Shown here piece by piece: positions 44,354-54,467 of a DNA stretch of 64,000 bases (its first letter is position 1; the number at the start of each line of letters is the position of its first letter). The stretch comes from Elusimicrobiota bacterium (lineage in GTDB: Bacteria; Elusimicrobiota; Elusimicrobia; UBA1565; UBA9628). The notes below the pieces were generated by a model. It had not been told where the DNA came from. It saw only the letters and a program-made list of their open reading frames with translations, and searched no databases. The stretch lies in the NCBI GenBank assembly GCA_023249675.1, contig JAHFCE010000006.1, positions 72,325-136,324 of the forward strand, read 5' to 3'. The translations under genes were made by a program, and so were the position numbers.

Positions 44354-47300
44354 ATGCGACGCCTTTCGACGGCCCTGGCCGCGGCATTTCTTTTGGCCGC
44401 TCTCCCATCCGCCTCCCCGGCCGCGACGATTCGCCGCGTCTCCCACACGGCAACCTTGCTGCCCAACGGCGACCTGCTCATCGTGGGCGGCGTCGATGAA
44501 ACCGGAGCCACCCTCAGCTCCTTCGCGATCGTCCCCGCCACGGGCGGAGCCATCATCAGTCCCACTGTATCCGCCATGACCTTCGGGCGATCTTCTCACA
44601 CCGCGACCTTGATGACCAACGGCTGCGTGCTGGTCATCGGCGGCAACTCCGCGGCCAGCGACACTCTCTCTCCCTCCGCAGAAAACCGCGCCGAGATCTA
44701 CAACCCAGCCTCAGGATCGTGGACCAATCTCGGCGCGTTCGGCACCGCGCGCTACAACCACACCGCAACCTTGCTCAATGACGGCAAGGTCCTGATCTGC
44801 GGCGGCCAAGACTCCTCGGGAAACGCGATCTCGACCTGCGACTTATACACACCGAACGCGGCCTGCACGGTGGCCGGAACGATCAGCGCGACACCAAGCC
44901 TGCTGCAGGCGCGCTACAACCACACCGCGGTCCTGCTCAAGGACGGCAAGGTCTGGTTCGCGGGCGGACGCAATCCCGCCGCCACGGGCGTCTACCTGCC
45001 GACCACCGAGCGCTACGACCCCGGAAGCGGCGTCTTTCAGTCCGCCTCGCCGCTCATCGAGGCCCGGTCCCAGCACACCGCGACCCTCATGGGTGACGGC
45101 AAGGTGCTCGTGGTCGGCGGCTACAACGCGCGCGACGTGATCGCCAACAAAGGCACCACCGAAAGCGCCGAGATCTTCGATCCGGTTTCCAACAGCGTGA
45201 CCCCGGCCGCCTCGATGACCGCGCGCCGCCACGCGCACGCCGCCACGCTCTCCGCCAACGGCACGGTGGACATCTTCGGCGGCCTGGGCAACGTCACGAC
45301 GAGCTATGTCAACCCGAGCGCAGCTTTCGTGAGCGGAAGCTCGATCACCTTTGGCGCCCCGAACTCGGTGATGACGTCGCTGGCGACGATCACCACCGGC
45401 TACGGTCTGATTCCCCTGGATTATCAGCTGGGCAAGGCGGTCAGCGGCGCGATTGCGGACGGCGAAATGTGGCTGTCATCACCCACGGTCAAGACGACTT
45501 GGGGGGAAATCGATTTCACGCCGGCCAGCGAGACAGCAACAACGGGCCTGCGCATCAACCTCGCCGGCGCCGAAGTCGGCTGCTCGGCCACGACCGGCCT
45601 GTGTGGGAACGTCAAAACCACCGGCGCACTCTGGCAAATGCAAGGGTCGGGAGCCCAAGCCGTCTTCTTCCGGCGCAACGCCGTCGCCCCCATCGGAACG
45701 GCATACGTCAGCACCGGCACTTTGACCTACGCCGCCACGCCCCTCAACACTGCGAGCCCGCTCGCATCTTTAAACCCAGTGGCCTCAAGCTTTACAACGA
45801 CCATGGCGATCTCGATGAACAACAAGCTCATCGGCTACAAGATCAACAGCGCTACCTTCACCATCACCGCCGGCAGCATCGTGCAGGCCAGTTCCTTTAC
45901 GGTCACGCTCACCAGCGGCACCGGCGTCTCGACGGGGTCGATCTTTGCGGACGCGCTGGGCAACGGGAAATCCACCTTCACCATTACCTTCTACGGCCTT
46001 GAGGGCGATATCGCGTACACCGGCGCGGATCCCCAGTCGTTCGCATCGCCGCGCTCGATTCCTCTCGCCGGCGCGGCCGCCCCCCTGACCCTCACCATGA
46101 CCATGACATACACCGCGAGCGGCGCGGACCTCAGCGGCGAGACATTCAACGTCGACGTCGCCACGGTCGTGATCCGCAAGATGATCTTCGCCGATCATGA
46201 AATCTACAACCCCAAAGCGAACAGCTGGGCCCTCAAGTCCACTGGCATCAGCGTCGCAAGCGCGCAGCGCTACGGCCACTCCGCCACCGTGCTGGCCAAT
46301 AACGACGTGGTCTTCTACGGCGGCCGCGCCTGCTCGGGTGCTGTCTGCGCCACGCAGACGGCCAACGCCACGACCGCCATCCAACTACTCTATTCCGAGA
46401 AGAACTTCGCCAATCCGTCGGGCCAAGCCGCCGGCAAGCGCGCATTCCATACCACGACCTTGCTGCCCAACGGCGACCTCCTGGTCGCCGGCGGCACCAA
46501 TGGCCCCAGCATCCTCGGCACCGCCGAAATCTTTAATCCGACCACAGAGACGTTCTCGCCAATCACGGGAACGATGCGCTATGTCCGCGACCTGCACACC
46601 GCCACCTTGCTGCCCAACGGCCGGGTCCTGATCGCCGGCGGCTTCACGACGAACTCAGCCAGCACCGGCTCGACCAATACGAGCGAGATCTACTATCCCG
46701 ACACCAAGGTCTTCCTTGAGACGACTCCGATGATCAGTTCGCGCAGCAACCACAGCGCCATCCTGCTGCCGAGCGGAAACATCTTCGTGGCCGGCGGCTT
46801 TGGAACAGGGGACGTCATCAGCGATAGCGCGGAGATCTACATCTCAACGAAGGCCCGCTGGGAGGCGGCCGCTACGATGACGGCCTGCGGCGCGCGCGCC
46901 ATCCACGCGACAGTGCAGCTCAAGGACGGGCGCATCATGCTCATCGGCGGCGTCAACGCAAACGGGGTCCTCGACACCAGCGCCCTCTACAATCCGACAC
47001 TCAATACCTGGAGCTGTGGCGCCGCCACCATGCCAACACCGCTGCGCTCGCACACGGCGACCTTGCTCTTCGACGGCCGCGTCCTCGTTGTCGGCGGCAA
47101 CGACGGCTTGGGTGAAGTCAACTTTTCCTCCATATACGACCCCGTTCTAAACAACTGGACGACCACCGGCACCCAGCCCCTGATCCAACCCCGCTTCAAC
47201 CACACCGCAACTGTGCTGCCCAACGGCAACGTCCTCATCACGGGCGGCTCCCGAAAATTCGCGGGCGTGCCGACCATGCTTGAGACCTTCCATGTCAACG

Positions 47301-50011
47301 GCAGCTCGTGGGTCACCGGCGAAATCCCCGCCACGTTCAGCGGCGGCCCGCGCGCCTTCCACACGATGACTTTGGCGCTCAACAACAAGGTGTACGGCAT
47401 CGGCGGCAGCGATGGCGTCATCGGCGGCAGCGGCGTCACGCTCTACAATACGATCGAAGCCGGCTACTTCAGCGCCACACCCGACAACTTCTCGAAAGAC
47501 GCACCCCCGAGTATCCGCCAATCGACCATCACGACGACGACAAATTTGACAACGGGCAAGGCGACGTTTCTGGAAGGCAATATCCTGCGCGTCGACGGCA
47601 ATCAGTTCCGCGGCGGTACGGAAGCCTCGGGCGGCGGATCCGCCTCCGGAAACTCGGCCTTCAGCTTTCCGCACCTGGTCCTACAGCAAGTCGATGGCTC
47701 CGGCGGCGCCGCCTCGCAGTCCAACGGTGGCTTCATCGTGGATCTCACCACCCATATCTTCTCCAATTCGGCCAACACCGCGACGGACACTTCGCTGACG
47801 GTCTTGCTGCCCCCGACCGCATCCTCGATGCCTTACGGCTGGTACGCACTGCGCACCGGGGCCAACGGCGTCTACTCCGACGGCAAGCTCGTGCAGGTCG
47901 GCCCGGCCATACCCAACGCGGCGCCCACCGGCCTCGCCGGCGTCACCCAAAGCACGTGGGCGATCACCTGGACCTGGACCGCGCCCGCGGGAACCATCGA
48001 CGGCTACAACGTCTACAACGCCACGAGCGGCGTCTTTCTGAGCACGATCCCGGTGCCGGCTTCGGGTTCGCCGACCTATTACCAGACCAATCTCGCCCCG
48101 AGTGCGACCTCCTCGATTCTCGTCGCCGCCTACACGCTCTCCGGCGACGGCCCGCTCACAGCCTCGCCGACGACCTACACGTTCTCCACATGTCCCATCA
48201 ATGTGGCGATCACCTCGGTGACGTCCTCGGACCTTCTGCTGACCTGGGGCACGAACGGGAACACCTCTCCCGGCACGGTCTACGAGGTCAGCCAGGCGAG
48301 CAGCAACTTCGACGCGGCAGACATCTCCACGCCCGTCCCCTCCGTGTTCAACCTGACGACGAACTTCACGACCATCCCCAATCTCTCCGCGAACACCACG
48401 TATTACTTCCGCGTGCGCGCTTTCAATCTGGCCGGACTGCCCTCGCCGTTCAGCGTCAGCGTCACCACCCGCACCCGAGCGCCGGTCACCCAGGCGATCG
48501 TCACAACGAGAACCGCCACGTCGATTGACTGGGGCTGGACCGACCCCGGAGGCGTCACCAACTTCCGCGTCTACAACGCGACGAGCGGCGTTCTGCTCGG
48601 CACGCCCGTCGTGTCCACCTTCACCGAGGTCGGCCTCGGGACCAACACCCAGCACGCGATCCGCGTCAGCGCGGTTACGAACGCCGGCGAAGGCCCGCTG
48701 TCGCCGTCCGCCTCGGCCTACACCTCCGCCGCGGCCCCGGGGCCGTTCACACCCACGATCACCGGCTTGACGACGGGTAGTTTCCTCCTCAACTGGACCT
48801 TCAACGGCAATCCCTTGCAGACACTGTACCAGGTCCAGGTCACCTCCTACGCAGGCAACGGCTCGGTCTTCGCCACGTTCACAACCACCACCACGGCGTT
48901 CAGCGCAGGCTTCGGCGGCTTTTCACCCTCCACGCGCATCGACTATACGATCGTCGCGATCAACGGAGACGGCCTTAACTCGGCGGCAGTCATCGGCTCG
49001 ACATGGACCCTGCCGACCGCCCCGATTTCTCTGGCCTCGCCTGGAACAACGCCCACGACCATCTCGATCGGCTGGGGCACCAACAACAACTCATCCTCGG
49101 CCACCTACCAGGTCACTTATACGACGAACGACTTCGTCCTCATCTCCACCGCGATCGCCTTCGGGGCCAACTTCGGAGGAACCAGCGCGACGATCACCGG
49201 CCTCGTCACCTCGGCGACCTACTCGATCCGCGTGATCGCGAGTAATCCGTTCGGCCAGCCCTCAGCATTCTCCAACGTCCTGAACCTGAGCCCCTCCAAC
49301 GGCGGCGCCTCGGTCGGCTCAATCGCGGGTCCGATACGCGCCACCGCGGACTCCTCGCTGTTCGGCTTGTTGGGCGATGGTCGCCAGATCCTCCTGCGCG
49401 CGCCCGCGCGCGCCTTCCCCAGCGACGTGACGGTCACGGTCTCTTCATTCGTACCTACCTCCTACCAGCCCACCGGCATGCTGTGCCCGACTGCGACCAA
49501 CATCGCCTTCTCGATCTCCGACGCCCCCGCGCTTCAGCCGATCGGCAGCCTGTATCTCACCTTCAGCTACACGCCAGCCGAGCTCGGCGCCATCTCGGCC
49601 AATCGCGCGCTGCTGCTGCGCTATGACCCGGCCAGCAACACCTGCGTGCCGCTTGAGACCACGGTCGACACCGTCAATAGCCAGATGACCGCGCGCATCA
49701 ACCACTTTTCGCTCTTCCAAGTCGGCTCGGTTCCGCTCGCGACCACGGTCGAAACCGCGCGCCTCTTCCCGAACCCCTATTACACCAGTCGCGACAGCTT
49801 CCTGACGATCGACAACGTCCCGCCCAGCGCCCGAGTGCGCATCTTCACCTTGCGCGGCGAGGAAGTGCTTGACGTCAAGGCGAACTCCACAGGCCTACTG
49901 ACGTGGAGCGGCACCAACGGTTTCGGTCGGGCGGTCGCCAGCGGCGTCTACCTCGTGATGGTTGAGTCCGGGGGCACGAAGAAAATACTTAAGCTGGCGG
50001 TGATCCGGTGA
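44354..50011 (+). CDS. Giant exported Kelch-repeat / FN3 protein with ZU5-like region and T9SS-like C-terminal domain
   Basis: Signal peptide MRRLSTALAAAFLLAALPSASPA (start could be 44318 or 44339); 14 R..HTATLL.nG.vli.GG repeats; 5 FN3-like units; NHFSLF; terminal LFPNP...RIFTLRGE.V...WSGTNGFGRAVASGVYLV...KLAVIR. Confidence 0.88.
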   Translation: MRRLSTALAAAFLLAALPSASPAATIRRVSHTATLLPNGDLLIVGGVDETGATLSSFAIVPATGGAIISPTVSAMTFGRSSHTATLMTNGCVLVIGGNSAASDTLSPSAENRAEIYNPASGSWTNLGAFGTARYNHTATLLNDGKVLICGGQDSSGNAISTCDLYTPNAACTVAGTISATPSLLQARYNHTAVLLKDGKVWFAGGRNPAATGVYLPTTERYDPGSGVFQSASPLIEARSQHTATLMGDGKVLVVGGYNARDVIANKGTTESAEIFDPVSNSVTPAASMTARRHAHAATLSANGTVDIFGGLGNVTTSYVNPSAAFVSGSSITFGAPNSVMTSLATITTGYGLIPLDYQLGKAVSGAIADGEMWLSSPTVKTTWGEIDFTPASETATTGLRINLAGAEVGCSATTGLCGNVKTTGALWQMQGSGAQAVFFRRNAVAPIGTAYVSTGTLTYAATPLNTASPLASLNPVASSFTTTMAISMNNKLIGYKINSATFTITAGSIVQASSFTVTLTSGTGVSTGSIFADALGNGKSTFTITFYGLEGDIAYTGADPQSFASPRSIPLAGAAAPLTLTMTMTYTASGADLSGETFNVDVATVVIRKMIFADHEIYNPKANSWALKSTGISVASAQRYGHSATVLANNDVVFYGGRACSGAVCATQTANATTAIQLLYSEKNFANPSGQAAGKRAFHTTTLLPNGDLLVAGGTNGPSILGTAEIFNPTTETFSPITGTMRYVRDLHTATLLPNGRVLIAGGFTTNSASTGSTNTSEIYYPDTKVFLETTPMISSRSNHSAILLPSGNIFVAGGFGTGDVISDSAEIYISTKARWEAAATMTACGARAIHATVQLKDGRIMLIGGVNANGVLDTSALYNPTLNTWSCGAATMPTPLRSHTATLLFDGRVLVVGGNDGLGEVNFSSIYDPVLNNWTTTGTQPLIQPRFNHTATVLPNGNVLITGGSRKFAGVPTMLETFHVNGSSWVTGEIPATFSGGPRAFHTMTLALNNKVYGIGGSDGVIGGSGVTLYNTIEAGYFSATPDNFSKDAPPSIRQSTITTTTNLTTGKATFLEGNILRVDGNQFRGGTEASGGGSASGNSAFSFPHLVLQQVDGSGGAASQSNGGFIVDLTTHIFSNSANTATDTSLTVLLPPTASSMPYGWYALRTGANGVYSDGKLVQVGPAIPNAAPTGLAGVTQSTWAITWTWTAPAGTIDGYNVYNATSGVFLSTIPVPASGSPTYYQTNLAPSATSSILVAAYTLSGDGPLTASPTTYTFSTCPINVAITSVTSSDLLLTWGTNGNTSPGTVYEVSQASSNFDAADISTPVPSVFNLTTNFTTIPNLSANTTYYFRVRAFNLAGLPSPFSVSVTTRTRAPVTQAIVTTRTATSIDWGWTDPGGVTNFRVYNATSGVLLGTPVVSTFTEVGLGTNTQHAIRVSAVTNAGEGPLSPSASAYTSAAAPGPFTPTITGLTTGSFLLNWTFNGNPLQTLYQVQVTSYAGNGSVFATFTTTTTAFSAGFGGFSPSTRIDYTIVAINGDGLNSAAVIGSTWTLPTAPISLASPGTTPTTISIGWGTNNNSSSATYQVTYTTNDFVLISTAIAFGANFGGTSATITGLVTSATYSIRVIASNPFGQPSAFSNVLNLSPSNGGASVGSIAGPIRATADSSLFGLLGDGRQILLRAPARAFPSDVTVTVSSFVPTSYQPTGMLCPTATNIAFSISDAPALQPIGSLYLTFSYTPAELGAISANRALLLRYDPASNTCVPLETTVDTVNSQMTARINHFSLFQVGSVPLATTVETARLFPNPYYTSRDSFLTIDNVPPSARVRIFTLRGEEVLDVKANSTGLLTWSGTNGFGRAVASGVYLVMVESGGTKKILKLAVIR

Positions 50012-50991
50012 GGCTGCGCCAAATCGCCGTCTTGGCCCTCCTGCTCGCCCGTCCTGCGAGCGCGTCGGACTTCGGCCGGGCGGCCGTGGGAACCTCCGGC
50101 TCGGAGTTCCTGCTCTTCGACACGAGCGCGCGCGGAATCGCAATGGGCGGCGCCTACTCCGCGGCGACAAACGACGCCTCCTCGCTCTATTGGAACCCCG
50201 CGGGACTTTCACAGGTGCCCCGCCTCTCGGCCACCTTCCTGCATGCGCAATACGTGGCGGACGTCACCTACAACGCCGCGTCCGTCGCCAAACGCGTCAA
50301 CGACACCTCCGTGCTGGCGGCCGGCGTGCGCTACCTCGACCTCGGGGCGATCACCCGGACCGACGTCAACGGCCTGGAACGCGGCCAGTTCCACCCGCGC
50401 TCCTACCTGGCCGAGCTTGGCTGGGGCCAGTCCATCTACGACCTGTCCGACAGCGAGGTGGATGTGGCCATGGGCGTCAGCGTCAAGTACCTGCGCTCCG
50501 ACCTCGTGGAGCGCGCCTCCGCCTACGGCGGCGACTTCGGCGTGCACTCGCGCTATTACGGCGCCTCGCAGACCTACGACGTCTCGATGGCGGTCCAGAA
50601 CATGGGTGTCGGGCAGAAATTTGACAAGGTCCGCGACACCTTGCCCACACGCGTGCGTTTCGGCGGCGGCGTCCGTCCGGTCAAACCCCTGTTGCTCACC
50701 ATCGAGGCGATCGCTCCGATCAACAACGCCCCGCATGGAGCCGCGGGCATGGAATACACGGCCGGAATCCAGAAGAACCTGCAGTGCGCGGTGCGGGCCG
50801 GCCTCAACTCCCTGACGTACGATTCACTGGGCCTGAGCTCGATCGTCAGCTTCGGCTTCGGCCTGCAACTGTCCGACCTCAGCTTCGACTACGCCTTCGC
50901 GCCGACGGGAGCGCTGGGCGCCTCGATTCACCGCGTCTCGCTGAGCTTCAACCTGCCTGCGAAAATCTCGCGGCGCTACCGAGAGAGATAG
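50008..50991 (+). CDS. PorV/PorQ (UPF0164)-like outer-membrane beta-barrel protein
   Basis: Signal peptide; GTSGSEFLLFDTSARGIAMGGAY, SLYWNPAGL, FDYAFAPTGALG..HRVSL; GTGA overlap with the Kelch gene. Confidence 0.85.
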   Translation: MRLRQIAVLALLLARPASASDFGRAAVGTSGSEFLLFDTSARGIAMGGAYSAATNDASSLYWNPAGLSQVPRLSATFLHAQYVADVTYNAASVAKRVNDTSVLAAGVRYLDLGAITRTDVNGLERGQFHPRSYLAELGWGQSIYDLSDSEVDVAMGVSVKYLRSDLVERASAYGGDFGVHSRYYGASQTYDVSMAVQNMGVGQKFDKVRDTLPTRVRFGGGVRPVKPLLLTIEAIAPINNAPHGAAGMEYTAGIQKNLQCAVRAGLNSLTYDSLGLSSIVSFGFGLQLSDLSFDYAFAPTGALGASIHRVSLSFNLPAKISRRYRER

Positions 50992-51025
50992 CCTGGACGA
51001 CCCTGGTTTTTCGTAGAATGCCCGC

Positions 51026-52027
51026 GTGAAAGCGGTCGTCTTGAAGGCGTTCGGCGGCGTCGAGAACCTGGAGCTGCAGACCGTCGCCGATCCCGTCCCC
51101 GGCCCCGGCGAAATCCTTCTTCGCGTGCGTGCCTGCGCGCTCAACCACCTTGATCTGTGGATCCGCGAGGGGCTTCCCGGTTCGAAGGTGAAGACGCCCC
51201 ATGTCCTCGGCTCGGACGTCGCGGGCGAGACCGAGGGCCGGCGTGTCGCCGTCTACCCAGGCCTGTTCTGCGACGCCTGCCCGGCGTGCAAGGACGGACG
51301 CGAATCCGACTGCCCCGACTTCGGCATCATCGGCGCCTACGGCGGGTCCCAGGGCGGCTACGCCGAAAAGATCGCCGTGAAGGCAGCACACCTGCTCAGA
51401 GTCCCGGACGGGATGTCCTTCACGGACGCGGCGTCTTTACCTCTGACCGTGCTCACGGCCTGGCGCATGCTCAAAACCTTGGGCGAGGTCAAGACGGGCC
51501 AGACGGTCCTCGCCATCGGCGCGGGTGCGGGCGTCTCAGTCGCCGGCATCCAGATTGCGAAGACCCTTGGAGCAATCGTGATCGCGACGACAACGGACGC
51601 CGCCAAGGTCGATCGAGCTCGCGCGCTCGGAGCCGACCACGTCCTCCTGGCCCCGCCGGCTGAGCTTGCGCGCGAGGTGCGCCGGCTCACCAAAGGTGCT
51701 ATGGCCGACGTCGTCTTCGAGCACGTCGGCCCCGCGCTGTTCATGGACGCCCTGAAGTGTCTGCGCCCTTCAGGACGCCTCGTCACGTGCGGCTCGACCT
51801 CGGGCGCGAAGCTTGAACTCGATCTGCGCTACGTGTTCAGCCGCCAGCTCCGCATCCTCGGCTCGCGGATGGGGAGCCTCGCCGAGATGCACGAGGCCTG
51901 GAGACTCGTCGAGGCGGGCTTGGTCAAGCCCGTCGTGGACAAGGTCTTCCCGCTCGACGCAGCGGCGGCCGCGCATTCGCGCCTCGAATCACGCGGCCAA
52001 TTCGGCAAGGTCGTGCTCTCGCGGTGA
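51026..52027 (+). CDS. Zn-binding medium-chain dehydrogenase/reductase
   Basis: ALNHLDLW, HVLGSDVAG, CDACPAC..C structural Zn site, GAGAGV, QFGKVVL. Confidence 0.92.
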   Translation: MKAVVLKAFGGVENLELQTVADPVPGPGEILLRVRACALNHLDLWIREGLPGSKVKTPHVLGSDVAGETEGRRVAVYPGLFCDACPACKDGRESDCPDFGIIGAYGGSQGGYAEKIAVKAAHLLRVPDGMSFTDAASLPLTVLTAWRMLKTLGEVKTGQTVLAIGAGAGVSVAGIQIAKTLGAIVIATTTDAAKVDRARALGADHVLLAPPAELAREVRRLTKGAMADVVFEHVGPALFMDALKCLRPSGRLVTCGSTSGAKLELDLRYVFSRQLRILGSRMGSLAEMHEAWRLVEAGLVKPVVDKVFPLDAAAAAHSRLESRGQFGKVVLSR

Positions 52028-53676
52028 AGAGCTCGGCCTGCGTTCCCAGCTGGCTCCTGGCCGCGGCTCTGAGCCTGCCGCTGCTCGTCCTCGGCGCGCC
52101 GCTCATTGAAATCGACGATGCCCGCTACGCCGAGGTCCCGCGCGCGATGGCGGCCTCCGGCGACTGGGTCCTGCCGAGCCTCAATGCGATGCCCTACATC
52201 GAGAAACCTCCGCTGTGGTACTGGCTCAGCGCCACCTCAATCAAGGTGTTCGGCCCCTCCGAGGCCGCCGCGCGCCTGCCGATGCTCCTGCTCGCTGTGC
52301 TCGGAGCGGGGGGGGTCTTTTGGCTGGGCTCGTGGCTGTACTCGCCGGACATCGGACGCTGCGCCGCGCTCGCAACGGCGACGTCCGGGATGTGGCTTTT
52401 CCTCACCCACAACCTGACGCTCGATCTGCCCGTGAGCGTCTTCCTGCTGTGGAGCACCGCGTTCATCCTGCGCGCGCTCGAACGGCCCGCCGACGCCCGC
52501 TGGGCCGCGCCCGCGGCGTGGCTTGCCGCAGCGCTCGCGTTCCTGAGCAAGGGGCTGATCTCCGCGCTTTTCCCGCTTCTCTGGACGATCACTTTGATCG
52601 GCCTCTGTCCAAAATGGCGCCGCCCCGCATGGAAGCTGCTCTCGCCCCTGGGCATCGTTCTCGCGGTCCTGCTCGTAGCACCCTGGTTTCTCGCTGTACA
52701 GGCGAGAAGGCCTGACTTCTTCCACACCTTCTTCATCGAACAGCACTTCCAACGCTACCTCACGCCGAAGTATTCCCGAGGCGCGCCATGGTGGTTCTAC
52801 CTCGCGGTGCTGCCGGGCGGCCTGCTCCCATGGACGGCGCCGTTTCTGTCAGGACTGTCGAAAGTCTTAAGACGCCCGTTCACGGATCCCCGCGCGACAG
52901 CGCTCGCCCTGTGGGCGCTCGGGGTCGTCGCCTTTTTTACGACCTCGCACTCGAAACTCGCAACCTACGCCCTTCCGGTCCTGCCGCACGCGGCTCTGCT
53001 GGCGGCGGCCTCCATCGAGGACGGCCTGCCAAAATGGTCCCGTTCTCTTTGCCGTGCCTTGGGCGTCATCCTTCTTCTGGGCTCCGTCGCCGGCGTTCTG
53101 CTCTATTGCCGCCTGCCTCATCTCGCCTTGCCGGAAGTCGCCGCGAATGCTCCGCTCCTGCGCCGCCTGGTCGTTGCAGCATCCGCTTGTCTGGCGTGCC
53201 TGGCCGCCGCGCAGCTCTACGCACCGTCATCGAAACGCCCAGCATTGGCGCTCGGCCTTGGCGGCGCCCTGGCGGGATTGTGCGCGTTTGCCGCCGTTTC
53301 GGCCGCGTCTCCGCTGATCAGCGCCAAAGGGCTCGCGCTGGCCGTGAAAGAGTCCGCCCGCCCCGAAGACGAGGTCTGGTCTTACGACAGCTATCCGCAC
53401 GGCCTGCAGTTCTACACCGGACGCCCCGTTGACAAGATGGTCTACTTCGTCGGAGAGTTCCACTACGCGAAGCGCGACGCGGCAAACGCCGGGCGCTTCG
53501 GCGACGACGATGAGGTGAGGGCTCTGCCACGCAGAGGGGGACGAACCTTCGTCGTGATGAAGACCGGACGCCGCGCGCACTTCGAAACCGTGCCGCCAAA
53601 AGGCTCGATCGCGTCTTGGCGCCAGTTCGGGCCCTGGTCGCTGGCCGAGGTCCGGTCGGCCGCACGCTCGCGTTAA
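52024..53676 (+). CDS. ArnT/PMT-type (GT-C) membrane glycosyltransferase
   Basis: DDARYAEVPRAM, YIEKPPLWYW, AARLP, FLSKG, PWWFY, SKLATYALP. Confidence 0.88.
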   Translation: MKSSACVPSWLLAAALSLPLLVLGAPLIEIDDARYAEVPRAMAASGDWVLPSLNAMPYIEKPPLWYWLSATSIKVFGPSEAAARLPMLLLAVLGAGGVFWLGSWLYSPDIGRCAALATATSGMWLFLTHNLTLDLPVSVFLLWSTAFILRALERPADARWAAPAAWLAAALAFLSKGLISALFPLLWTITLIGLCPKWRRPAWKLLSPLGIVLAVLLVAPWFLAVQARRPDFFHTFFIEQHFQRYLTPKYSRGAPWWFYLAVLPGGLLPWTAPFLSGLSKVLRRPFTDPRATALALWALGVVAFFTTSHSKLATYALPVLPHAALLAAASIEDGLPKWSRSLCRALGVILLLGSVAGVLLYCRLPHLALPEVAANAPLLRRLVVAASACLACLAAAQLYAPSSKRPALALGLGGALAGLCAFAAVSAASPLISAKGLALAVKESARPEDEVWSYDSYPHGLQFYTGRPVDKMVYFVGEFHYAKRDAANAGRFGDDDEVRALPRRGGRTFVVMKTGRRAHFETVPPKGSIASWRQFGPWSLAEVRSAARSR

Positions 53677-54467
53677 GGCCCCTCGCGGACGACAGGCGTA
53701 TGATGGCGATCGCGCGCAAGCGCGCGAATGCGCCAGCCGCGATTGCCCGCCTCCATCTTGAACGGCTCGGGAAGAAACAGCGCGGCCATCGCGGTCCTAA
53801 ATTCCGCAGGATCGCCGCTGACCTCGGCCAACTGCTCGATCGAAGTCGCATAGGCGCCGTTCTTGGCCTTGTAGGCTTCCTCGACCTGCGCGATCACCGC
53901 CAATCCCTCGTTGGCCTTTGCGACGGCGGCCCGGTCGCGCGGCGTGGGCCGCGCCCAACCGGAATAGATCTGGAAGCCGAACAGGCCGACGGCGCCGAGC
54001 GCCCCGGCGAGAAACAGCGCAGCGCCCTCCGCTGCGGACTTGCGGTACGCCTCGACGACGACCGTGCCGGAGGCGTAATCGTGAAGCGCGCGGCTCTCAC
54101 GGTTGAAGAGCGCGACCAGGAAGCCGAAGTTTCCCGCCGTCGAGCCGATCAGCCAGACCAAAGCGCGCACAAGGCTGCGCAGAAAACTCGGCGGCCCTCC
54201 GTCGCGCGCGACGACGCGCAACCCGAGCAGGCGCTTGCCGATCGTGCCGCCATTGAGGTTGCCGACGAGCTGGTAGGCGAACACCAAAGTGATCCAAGCG
54301 GCCCCGACGAGCGCGAGGAGTTCCGGGGTGGGGGCTTTCGCGAGAGGGCCGACGAGAGTCCAAACCGTGGCGACCAGGCCGACACCGAACGGAAGGGTAT
54401 CGAGCACATAGGCGACGAAGCGGTCGCTGAACCGCGCGACGCGCGGCGCAAGGGTCTCCGATTCCAT
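53673..54467 (-). CDS. RDD-family membrane protein with C-terminal pilin-like domain
   Basis: RFVAYVLD, TIGKRLLGLRVV, RALHDYASGTVVV; C-terminal LAVIAQVEEAYKAKNGAYATSIEQL; TTGATT-17-TATACT promoter just upstream of ATG 54467. Confidence 0.82.
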   Translation of the reverse strand: MESETLAPRVARFSDRFVAYVLDTLPFGVGLVATVWTLVGPLAKAPTPELLALVGAAWITLVFAYQLVGNLNGGTIGKRLLGLRVVARDGGPPSFLRSLVRALVWLIGSTAGNFGFLVALFNRESRALHDYASGTVVVEAYRKSAAEGAALFLAGALGAVGLFGFQIYSGWARPTPRDRAAVAKANEGLAVIAQVEEAYKAKNGAYATSIEQLAEVSGDPAEFRTAMAALFLPEPFKMEAGNRGWRIRALARDRHHTPVVREGP

